A stretch of DNA of 61,644 nucleotides, filler included, from Dimargaris cristalligena (Eukaryota), in the NCBI GenBank assembly GCA_003614675.1. It is 11 parts of 11 records of this genome, joined end to end, with 100 filler letters (N's around TTAATTAATTAA, not from the genome) between each part and the next. Parts side by side here need not be neighbours in the genome. Positions count along the whole stretch, not along the records: positions 44,958 to 50,458 come from ML003623.1; positions 50,559 to 56,052 come from ML003624.1; positions 56,153 to 61,644 come from ML003625.1; 8 more parts are not named here. One strand, written 5' to 3'. This document shows positions 48,525 to 59,600 of this stretch, in pieces (the stretch's first letter is position 1; every line of letters starts with the position of its first letter). Below the pieces are notes generated by a model, which had not been told where the DNA came from, did no database searches, and worked only from the letters and a program-made list of their open reading frames with translations. The translations under genes were made by a program, and so were the position numbers.

Positions 48525-50176
48525 TCAAGGCTAACAGTCCAATATTGCCGAGACACCACGAATATCCATTGTGGCCAGTATTTTAGGGCAGTGTGCGTAA
48601 AATTCGATTGCATATATAGTGTCATCAATTTGCCTAGTAGGAAGGTTTGAAAGTCGGCCACCGGTTCAGTCAACGAAAGATATAGCTTATTCAATGATTA
48701 TTGATTATTTCGGATGATTGTGGCTGATTTTGAAAATATACTGACCATTTGAAATACGTAAAAATAAAACGGCATATAAGCCATTACTTTACAACCCTTG
48801 TTTCGTGGAACCTACTACGAGACAGACTTTAGTGCTCTATTTATTACTTTACACTCCTTCTATTACTTTATGCTTCACTAAAAAAATGATCATGATAATA
48901 AATAGTTCATTCGAAGAAAGTGCCATATTCTCCTCATTGTTTCTTAAACTCTTCGGCTATATTAAGTACGCCTATGGTCAACCATGGTCTTTATAATCCA
49001 ATATGGCAGACTTCACCCTCTTTGCCAAACAAGAGAACCTCACATTGACAATATGGCGCCCTGGATGGGGGACCCTGCAGCTCCCAGTCACAACCCCAGA
49101 CCTAGTGCCATAAAACTAGACCCCAGTGACCACACATAATAACCATCTAAACCATGTTAATTTCGGTTTACTAATCTGAAGACTCTGGAAAATAATAAAA
49201 CAGGTTAAACTAGCTAAACCTCTGTAAAAAAAAGGGACCACATGAGTTGAAAAGTAAGTAAGAAAGTGTGTGATTAGAAGGTTAGCCAAGTGACTGGAAA
49301 TAGGGCAATAGTCCAGGTGGAGTCTGTGTTAGATATACTACCCAGGTAGTGTCTCCCCTTTGTAGCAGATAATACTTCTGTGACATCCTCTCACTTTCCC
49401 TTTGACTAATAAATTAGCAATACATTATCCTTATATCAAGTTTTTCTAATGAATGTAAGTTTTCGAGAATTTGATTTTAGTCCTTTACATTAAGTACCTG
49501 AACTTGTTGGTGGAATTATAAGTTTCAGCATATTATTACTTAGTTCCATTTTTATGGGATTTCTGTATTTTTCAATGACAAAGCCATGTACATCCCTAGG
49601 TGTTGACAAGTATCTGATAGAACTATGTTGATTTGTGTCTTCAGACATCCATCAGGTAACTCTAACCCCTGCACCCTTTTACTTCTTTAATACTGCAGTC
49701 AGGTTAACTGTAATCTATATAAAAGCCATCAGGCAGTACACTTCAGAACCAACTTATTATGTATGTATACTTGGTCCCAGCTAGTGCCCTAAGATTAGGC
49801 TATCACTTCTTTTATTAAATGCCTCCCCCCTCACTATTAGTGCCACAACTAATAGACATCCCTTGTCTAGTAGCAACTTGTCCAGCAACCTCGAATGATT
49901 GACCATTAAACTATGTAGAAAGGGTATATACTTATAGTATATGGATAAATAGGGTGAGAATGCCATTACTATATAAGAGTGTAAGCAAAAGTAGAAGTAA
50001 AGAAATGAAAATACAGTGATGCCACAAGTGGAGCTGATTCTGCTAGTTTCGAGCATACCAAAATAATGATATTGCTGACACTGCTAGAATTCTTTTTCTA
50101 GTCACAAAAAAAACTATACGAAATCCAATAATTGAGGCGTAGACAATGAATGAAAATTTCGCAAAGATCAAAAATG

Positions 50177-50259
50177 TGAGCAGAGTGGGATTCGAACCCA
50201 CGCCTACAAAGTAGACTGCGACCTGAACGCAGCGCCTTAGACCGCTCGGCCATCTGCCC
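50177..50259 (-). tRNA. tRNA-Leu(CAG), intronless
   Basis: GGGCAGA/TCTGCTC acceptor stem, TGGCCGAGCGG A box, CTGCG-TTCAGGT-CGCAG anticodon arm, long variable arm, GGTTCGAATCC B box, A73 discriminator, downstream T5. Confidence 0.96.
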
Positions 50260-50689
50260 AATGCATCTGTGTTGTGGTAGGACCTGAGACTACTTAGTCA
50301 ATCGTAGTATTCCTTTTTTCAATCACATTCTATTTTTATATCCTTTTATCAACGAAGTCATGATTTATTATTTTATAGCCTTACAATATCATAGCAAGCG
50401 AGAGATATCATCATCAGCCAGATATATTCGTAAACTCCTCATTATTTATCAATTCAAGNNNNNNNNNNNNNNNNNNNNNNNNNNNNNNNNNNNNNNNNNN
50501 NNTTAATTAATTAANNNNNNNNNNNNNNNNNNNNNNNNNNNNNNNNNNNNNNNNNNNNTTTATTATAAAAAGTATTATATTTTTAAAGAATTTCATAGAG
50601 TGACTAACCAGTTCACCTGGAGAAGCCACCCTGCCCTTTTTGATATACTTTGTTATTCATTTTAGTGGCTTGATACCACCACAGTGACA

Positions 50690-51002
50690 CCGGTCCCCAT
50701 GGGGGGCCTGGTTATATATACGTGGGGGACTACTCCAAGGGAGGTCCCGAGGGGAAACTACATAACTAAGATAATGATAGGGGGGGGTGGGTGGTCCTCG
50801 TACAAGCGGAGGCTTCCATGGGAACTGGAAGACAGTAAGATCACCTAGGAGTGAGTAGTGTGAACTCTGGGGGGGTCTGGCCAGTGAGATGATATATATG
50901 ATGTCCAGCCCCATTAGGACTGGGGGTACAATATGGTGCTATATGGTCTGCTATGATGGTAATCATTAGCAGATGGATTAGGTCAGATTAGGAGGGGCAA
51001 CA
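50690..51002 (-). mobile_element. Partial LTR (family A)
   Basis: ggggcctggttatatatacgtgggggactactcc...gattaggaggggcaaca matches LTR-A. Confidence 0.8.
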
Positions 51003-51149
51003 TTCTAAAGTAGCCACCTATAATAGCTGGTACCTACTGTACACTGGAAAATTGATATTTTTATAACTAGACCTCCATCCCAGTAGTCACCAGGTTAGAC
51101 CTAATTATGCCTTACCACACCTACCAATATACCTCAGTTAAATGAACAT

Positions 51150-51285
51150 AGGAGAGGTTCATTTAGGCTGTATAACAAAAAATCCATTAGATGAGGCCAA
51201 TATTACTGGTTAAAAGATATCCTCACATATATTCGTCCATACACATATTATGTAAAACCTTATACAGCTGGTTTGAATTTCACCC
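51150..51285 (+). mobile_element. 136-bp MITE (family M)
   Basis: TIRs as in the other copies; ACAT duplicated on both sides. Confidence 0.85.
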
Positions 51286-52020
51286 ACATTGTTTTCAGGC
51301 AAATTATCTGACTATACTCCAAGGACTGGCTCTTAGAGTTCTTTATGTCAGTTCCGCCAACATCTGCATTTATTGGGACAGTGAATCTTATTAATAATTC
51401 ACCTCTCCCTTCCTGCTGATTCTTTTGTTAGAAAACCATCTCATCCCAAGTGTGGAATACTCTTCCTGATGCAGCACATGCTCACTAGCCTCCTATTGGT
51501 CAGATTTTTTCTAATAAAAACTACTGCGGAGAGTTTAATCATCTCCTTGCGGTTCTTTACTATTCTTATCTATTTTTGATATAAGCTTTATTATCAATCT
51601 TGGATTGTCATCTATGAGAGAACTTGAGGTTATTCCAACATCTTTATCTTTAGTTACGCCATCCCATACTTGGGGCATTATTTCTACCTTGATTATATCT
51701 TTCATCTACCTCAGTAGACCCAGCCACAGGAGTCTGGGAATGCTAATTATGGTTCTTTCTCTCTTCCAATATTCTATTAAGTTGCATTAGAAAGTGCTTG
51801 TGTTTACCCTTTGATTTGTCATTCCAATAGTTCCTACATTTTATACCTATCCCATCATAGTTCCTGGTTAATTGGTATCCCTGGTCTGGTAGGGTTCTAG
51901 GCTCTGAATTCCTGTATGGCACATAAGTAGATATACATTGTACTCAGCTCATCTAGTTTAGTAATCCACAATTTGGGTATAACCTCCCAGTTGATGTATA
52001 ATAATTTAAAATAATAATCA

Positions 52021-52603
52021 TGTTGCCCAAGTTAACTACTCTTAGTCCATCAAGAGTCCCGAGGATAGGCTTCTAACAGTAGGTGGGGCTTAGGCTTAGC
52101 CAAACAGGCTACTAGTATTAGGGTGGGTGTAGTACTAACCAATAAAGGATAGGTGCAGACAAATGCAAGGGACATGCAGCAGGCACACTTACTAGTTAGT
52201 ACATGGGGGGGTGAGTATATATAGAGTTTATTAAGGTAAACTAGGGGATATGAATAAGCTAAGGAATTGAATCAGTCCCAGTGGGGCCTGGTTATATATA
52301 TATGGGGACAGCTCCAGAGAGAGGTACGAAGAGAAATACTACTATGACTATGGTGTGGATAAGTAAAGAATCTGACTGGATGGCTTCACATCAGGAAGAC
52401 TCTTATGGGAACTGGAAGAGTCTTGAATCAGTGAGCTGAGTATTTTGAGTATAAAGCATTGGGGTCAAATGAGTGGGGTTACATAATAAGGGATGACCCC
52501 ATAGTACCGGGGGTGACTATGGGAAGGTTAATATGGCACTATAAGGCCTAATAAGGACAGACAATTGTTAAGTCCAGATTAAGTCAGATTAGGAGGGCTG
52601 ACA
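52021..52603 (-). mobile_element. Solo LTR (family A), 583 bp
   Basis: TG...CA termini and perfect 5-bp TSD AATCA. Confidence 0.92.
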
Positions 52604-54292
52604 AATCAGATGTGGCTGCCAAAAACACAGGGTAGGAAATGTAAATAATAATTAGAGAACTACTAAAAGGCTAGAGCAATGTCACATTGAAGCTAGAAGG
52701 TATTCTTTTTATTGGATTTTGCCATGGGTTGGCACCTAGGTTGTAAATTTAAGGCACAAACTCAGAAGTGCAAGGGCATTAGTTGCTTACTCCTTTTTTT
52801 GGATAGTTTTTAAGAGAGAAGTTTCCAAATTATTTTCATGTATGTGATACAGAAGATGTATGTTTTTATTGTCTGGGTCACCACTTTTAAGGGCAGCTAA
52901 TTTTACGCTCTCTGTTAGGGGTAATACCACTGACAGTTAGAGAGCATTTATAACCGGCTGAATTTCACCAAAGGAGTAAAATTATGTTTCAATAACTCAG
53001 GAATTCTGTTCATTTTTCAGCCAACTTTACAAGATACTCACCATTGGGCTAAATAAACGTACCCTATAGCCAAGGTGTAGGGAAATTCTTTGGACTAAAG
53101 TCGGCTTACCCTAGTGCTTTATTGCATGACTAACATTCATTATTATTACATTACAACTAAAACTACTTATGGGCTGAAGAACTCTTTTTAACACAATATC
53201 AGTATCGTCAAAATGGTGTGGGGGGAGGGGGAGATTTGCTGAAATGAGTTGTCAGCCTCTAGGGCTTTGCTATTTTTAAGTGCAGCTGGAGTCGACGGAT
53301 GGGTTAGAGAGAGGGTAAAATTAAAAAGAGGGCCAACTTGGATTAATCTCCATGTAATCTTTATTGCTAGTCCAGTGGAATAACGGTGAATCAACCAGTA
53401 TTAAGTTAAATTAAACGGATGATCCCCATGTTTCATTTAGTTGATCAAAGGAATGGTGTTTATAGTGGTTTCCAAGCCATATACAAGAGCTTCGACGGGT
53501 TCAATATGAAAGGAAGGGAGGGAGAAATAGAGGTGGGTGGTGGGGGGTAATCAATCCACTGGAGGGAACAAAGGGAAACGAAGGAGAGGGGGGAAACCAT
53601 CAACATAGGGGTCCGCTGATCTCTCTTTGAGGTACCCCTGTACAAAGAATACTCCGCCAACGATATGGCCCCAGTCGCGAATTCTAAATCCTATTATGCT
53701 ACAGAAATCAATATATACTCGGTAGTTAATCATATCGACAATTTGGATTTATAGCCTGAGAGAGGCGAAATATGCTGCCCATCCGCAAGGTAGCTTGGCT
53801 GGAAACAAGATGTGGATACGGGATCAGGAAGATGGGGCAGGCGGGGCATTGGTGCCCCCTTGACTATGAAAAGCAAAGAGTTAGCCGTGGATGATCGTAG
53901 TATCTATCCCTTTGTAATATCCCACGGGCTGGTGCAGTAAGGAGGGGAAGGATATGCGGATAACTTTTAAGCTATCATTTACCTATGATTTTATGGGAGG
54001 AGTCCCCTGAAATCTTTAGTATGATGACAAGTAGTAGGAAATGTGTAATGAAGCAAGTAGACAGGCAGGTGCTTACAGAATCTGGCCTGACATCCGGATG
54101 GTGGGTAATTATATAAATACCCCAAATTACCCTCCCCCCCCCCCAACCCTAACCAATACCAATATCCCGTCCACTCTGCCTCATCCTACTTTACTGACAC
54201 TACCATTATCATACATTACCTCTGCCCCTCTACCTTACAGCTAGATTGTATTTCAGCTCTTTAATCACTCCCTCCCCCCAGTCATCTCCACC

Positions 54293-54679
54293 ATGATTAA
54301 GGGCAACCGGCTGCTAAACTACATTGTTCTAATAAGTGCCCTTTTTGCTGCGGCCTTGCCCTTGCCCTTGCCCTTACCACAACCCAATCCTGCTATCAGG
54401 AAGTCTACTAAAACTGCAGCCAGTCACGCCCTCACCGCTACCAAGAACATGGGCAGTAGAATTAAAACTGCTATTAAGAACACAAGCAGTCGACTCACGA
54501 CCTCTGCAAAGAAAAATGAAAAGTCCTCAACTATTGGGGTAAACAAGACCGATACAACCCTTAAACACAAAATGACAGTCCAAAGAAAATACAACAGTCC
54601 CAAAGACATTAAGTGGTCTGACCACTATACTGTATTAACAAATGCAAAGGCAGACTGGGAAAAGAAATCCAGTCGTTGA
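54293..54679 (+). CDS. Small secreted basic protein (128 aa) with an X-Pro repeat propeptide
   Basis: TATA at about 54111, CT-rich leader, CCACCATG context, signal peptide, LPLPLPLPQPNP, Lys/Thr/Ser-rich body with no Cys. Confidence 0.7.
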   Translation: MIKGNRLLNYIVLISALFAAALPLPLPLPQPNPAIRKSTKTAASHALTATKNMGSRIKTAIKNTSSRLTTSAKKNEKSSTIGVNKTDTTLKHKMTVQRKYNSPKDIKWSDHYTVLTNAKADWEKKSSR

Positions 54680-54937
54680 ATCCTAATGGGGCTTTTGACA
54701 CTAACACATGTATACACCATGCTCCCATCCTGGGTTTATCCCACCCTACACTTAAAGAAGCCACCCCATTATCATACTTTCAAACACACCCATTCTATCC
54801 CACATATCTATTTATTTTTACAAATCAGTGGTTCATCACTAAAGTTTTTGAAGTATGCATAACCTTCTTTGTCCAGTAATTATTGTGTCAATAAATAAAA
54901 TTTCCTACATTGAATGGTGCCAAACCTCTAAGGCATT

Positions 54938-55489
54938 TGTCACCCAGGTTAACCACTCTTAGTCCATCAAGAGTCCTGAGGATAGGCTTCTAATGGTAAG
55001 TGGGGCTTAGGCTCAGCCAAGTGGGCTACTAGCATTAGGGAGGGATCAGTACTAACCAATAAAGGATGAGTGCAGGCTAATGCAAGGGACGTGCAGCAGG
55101 CATACTTACTGGCTAATACAATGGGTGAGTATATAATGAGTTTATTGGGGTAAACTATGGGGGTAAGAAATAAGCTAAGGAACTGAACCAGTCCCAGAGG
55201 GGCCTGGTTATATATATATGGGGACTGCTCATAATGAGGGGTCCTTAAGAGCAATGGGATGACTAAAGAAGAGGCAAGGGTTGGGGCCTTGGCCGGGGGG
55301 GCTTGCATCCAGAAGACTCCACTAAGATAGGGAGGAATATTGGATCAGCTGGTGGAGTATTGTGTGAGAAGCATTGGGGCCCAGTTATAGTGGGTTATAT
55401 AGCAAGGGAAGAGTAATATGGTGCAGTAAGGCAAGATTGGACAGTATGATTAGTATTCTTGTATTTAGGGAGGATTAGGCAAGCTGATA
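54938..55489 (-). mobile_element. Solo LTR (family A), 552 bp
   Basis: TGTCACCC...CTGATA termini and perfect 5-bp TSD GCATT. Confidence 0.9.
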
Positions 55490-55736
55490 GCATTGTATTT
55501 AATTATATAGGGTATAGATGTTTAGATATTATGGTATAGACCCTCTTTTTTTTCTTCTTTAATAGCAGTATTTACCCCCATTTCTTATTCTCGCTGTGTA
55601 GGAATTTGGCATCCCCTTCCCTTGGGATCCTTCTAACTGAGTTGGTAGACCAGGGCTTTAAAGTGGATAATATACCCCCACCCTTTTTGGTGTGGCCTAA
55701 ATTTGATGAGGTTGGCAGCCTACTCATAAAAGATAT

Positions 55737-55848
55737 GGCAGAAATTCATCCAGGCTATATAATAAATAATCCATTTGATGAGGTAAATATTACTGGTCAA
55801 AAGTTATTCTCCCACATATTATCCCATATGTATATTGTGTAAAATCTT
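55737..55848 (+). mobile_element. MITE (family M) truncated by an LTR insertion
   Basis: ATAT-GGCAGAAATTCA...; the M sequence breaks off at TGTCACCCC (55849). Confidence 0.75.
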
Positions 55849-56052
55849 TGTCACCCCTCTAAATCTAACATAATCTGTCTGCTAAATGATTTCCGTCATA
55901 GCAGACCGTATAGTGCCATATTGTACTCCCAGTCCTAATGGGGCCGGACATCATATATATCATCTTACTGGCCGGACCCCCCCCGGAGTTCGCACTACTC
56001 ACTCCTAGGTGATCTTAGTGTCTTCCAGTTCCCATGGAAGCCTCCAGTTGGG
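55849..56052 (+). mobile_element. LTR (family A) 5' part, running off the contig
   Basis: TGTCACCCCTCTAAATCT... is the reverse complement of the LTR-A end; close to 50800-51002. Confidence 0.82.
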
Positions 56053-56696
56053 NNNNNNNNNNNNNNNNNNNNNNNNNNNNNNNNNNNNNNNNNNNNTTAA
56101 TTAATTAANNNNNNNNNNNNNNNNNNNNNNNNNNNNNNNNNNNNNNNNNNNNCCCTGATAAGGTTATCAGGCTATATTACCCTGTGGTATTAATTGTGAC
56201 CACAACAACCTGAAGTGGGTTGCTTTATCTCATTCGAGTACGGATAGAGCCCCCATAAGACCCCGAGGCCTACTGGTTCGTTTTTAGACCCACCTTGCCA
56301 ACTTACAGCTCCCTAATAAATATAAATTATGTCGAAATAAGTTCGCATAGATAGTTCTCTCTTATATTGGTTAAAGGTTACATTCTACATCTTAAAAAAA
56401 TATGTGACAAAGTAGCCGTTATTTACAGCCCAGATTAAGTCAATGTAAAATATCTCCGTGGTATTCGTATTTCCAAGGGTAAATGGGGATCTGTCAAGAC
56501 TATCGCCCGAATCTTGTCGACTCGCAAAACTAATATTTAATGGTTTATTAACCTAATAATCTGGCCTAATAATAAGGGTTCAAGTTGATCATACTTTCAA
56601 TAAATATACAATGGCGGGGTCTTAACATGGGTTTTTGAAGTAAAATGAACTATTAGGAAATGTTGGCCGGGATACAAATACCTACACTAAATTAAG

Positions 56697-59600
56697 TTAA
56701 GATATCATGCTCGCCAAAAGAAAACTTTGTGACGAAGATTCTGGTTGATTAAAGTCGAACAGCGAATCTACGCTAAGTTCTGGGGGTGACAGGGATGCCA
56801 GTCGGTGCTTTTGGATAATCTTTTTTATCTCCTTTTTACGGGCCGCGAACGGAAGTCCAAAGCTAGGCATTCGAGCCTGGTAGATCTGTTGCTGGGCATG
56901 GATGGCCGTGGCTCGAACGAGCTGGCCCAGTGACTGGTATCTCGCCAGCATCCCGTCCATGAGGGGGCCGAAGTTGGGAACCTGGTCAGTAATGGCAATC
57001 GGGATTTGAGAAATAGCTGTTAGTAATTGGTGTGCAGTGGCCATGTCACTAAGTAAACACACCATATTAAAAAGGTGACGGCGAGATGAACCACAAAATA
57101 CCCTTTCCAAAGCGGCACATAACCAAACCAATTTACCTTCTTGTCTTTATAGATCCGTATGCCGCACAGTCTTTCGTTGAGGGGGTTAATGACAATCTGG
57201 ACGTTGCCGAAGTCGCCCGATATGGTACCGGGTATAAAGTCCATATTATTTTCATTCCATACAATGTGGATATGGTCGTTTCCAACGTGTCGTTTCTATT
57301 ACATGATGGGCAATTCAGTATCCGATTTTGGCAAAGTGTCCGGAAAGGTTAGGTTAGACAGGTCGAAGCCGAAGGCAGCGCCCAGTAAAGTACCCCCCCC
57401 CCCCCACTTCAGTCAGGGCATGAATATATGAAAAGTTACTTTGCAACCCGGGGAGTAACACTTACCTTGCGAATCAATTGATTGTCGTTGGGGTCACTGG
57501 GAATACGAGTGGCGTCGTGGAAGATCATTTCTATCAGGGAGTTGCAGAAGTAAATGGCAGTATCCCCGTCATTACCATTGCGCTGAAGGCGGCCCGTGTA
57601 TCCAGTGTGGGTGCGTAGGTTAACCTCCCAGCCTAAGGTCTTGAGGAATGTATTGTAGGCAGGGCTACCACCATGGTTGCCGAGAATAGAGGTTTCGTCA
57701 ATCTGCTGTGATCCAACGTAGAGAACCGCGGCTTTGAAACACTCCCGTCTATATGGGAAATCCAATAATCCCGAGGCACATTCAGAAAATAAAGATTAGT
57801 AACCATATATGTAATTATTTCCAATGCAATGTCTAGAAAAGTGACATCAAGCGATGGTGTGGATTAAGGCTCGGGTGAAAATGATCATCTAAATAAATCT
57901 AAAACAGGCCAAAGAGGGCCACAGGAAACACACTATAATATACAGCTAATATATGATTATAAGGGGCAAGAGGTTGACTTACGGGTTAATGGTATCCAAG
58001 TGACGCAGGTCTCGGTACAGCTGCTTCGATTTCTTCATAATCGTCCACCCCTTATTAGGTCCGGTTGTTATTCCACCGCTGCGTGCGGATTGGTCAAATG
58101 GGCCACCGCCATTATTAGTTTGCGCTGCACCCGTATTAGGTTTCGAAGGCGCGTCCTCTTCGGGTGGTACGATGCGCTTATGTTGGTCCTCGTCAAGGGC
58201 AAAGAAGCTTTCCCTATTCGGCGGGCGCGGACAAACCGGGCGTGATTGGTCCCGGCTATTCTGACTCATGAGCTTGGATTCAAGCCGACTAAATTCCTGC
58301 ATATCCTTTTCTAAAGTGTCTCGCTCGCTGACGGATGGCGCAGGCGTGTTGATATCGGGCATCACGGGCCACGCAAACCCCGAGTTTTTACCCAGACTTA
58401 TGGGTCGGGGGGCTGTTCGACGGAAATCCAGTGAGACGGTGGACGGTCGCCTAGTGCAACACTGGGGATTTTGGCCTATGGTCGATGCCCGGCGGAGCGC
58501 CTTAACGTGACGCTCGGCTAGGTAGATGCGCTGTAGAAACTGGTATTTACCCGTGGAGTTGCGCACCAGTAGAAGCGGGTTGGATTCGTAAAGTTGGGTT
58601 CTGGAAAAGGTAACGACACTTTTGCTGTTAAGAGAGAGGAACGATAGCTCCTGGTCCTCGTCGCTATCGCCAGTCACTAGCGGCTCGGTGATTTCACTAA
58701 TAAAATACAAAAATACAGCCCATAATGAAATTCCAATGAATGGGTAACACACATTGTTCTCAAGTTGGATGTGGATAAGGAGTATGCCTAGCCCGTGGTG
58801 TTATAGAGGGCGGCTGCTATACAATATATAGTTAGATTCGAAAGGGTAGTAGGCTCGCAATTCTCTATTTACCTATAAATATAGTCAACCCCGCGAATTG
58901 GCGGGAAGTGATCGTAGTGATTAAGAAGATGATCAATGACCCCTTCGACGGTGTCCTACATATCCAGCGGGCAATATGGACGTAGGCGTTTGCACCATGC
59001 GGGAATCAAGACGAGTGTGGCAGATTGGAGGCGAGATAAAAGGTTAGTGGTCCGAAATATAGCATGTCTCTCTCCATGGTACCCATCGTAAATTCCACTC
59101 AAAACTGGTTTGTAGACCCCGCATCAAGAACGTTGCATTCAGCGGAGGGGGTAGGGGCGGCCTAGCCGGGGAACTGGGGTTTGGGACTTACCTGAATCGA
59201 GTCGCTCCATTTAGTGACCTGGCTCTGATCCGCGATAGCTTCGGGTGTTGCCCGGGTTGAAGCCGACTGGGCGAATTTTTCGATCGTTTTCAAAGTAGAC
59301 TTCTCGTTCTTCGTAATACTTTCATCAAACCTAATTTCGCTCACTAGGTGCTGGATCATGTGGTAGCTCTTGTGGGTCATGCGGACCATCGGCAAGCGCA
59401 CCGCGTTCAACTCCTTGTCCACCAGAAAAGCGCGCTCGAGCGTATCGAACACCATGGTTTTGGTGGCCACCTGGTACAAGGTATCCGCGGGAAACCGCAT
59501 CAGCGACTCCAACAAAGTCACCATTAGCCCGCATACCGAAACATGCCGGCCGGAGGTGGGTCGAATGACGAACCGATCGAGCTGGAGGTGAATGGCCCAT

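Noticed and set aside
50177-50259. CAG-anticodon tRNA as evidence for CUG reassignment to Ser or Ala
   Set aside because: It has the A73 discriminator, U33 and a Leu-type body, so it is a standard tRNA-Leu
51300-51990. Purine-rich minus-strand stretch resembling decayed coding sequence
   Set aside because: The frames I translated contain multiple stops and no identifiable domain
5542-56152. TTAATTAATTAA motif recurring about every 5.6 kb, and any gene cluster spanning it
   Set aside because: Artificial linker between length-sorted contigs; the periodicity and neighbourhoods are not biological
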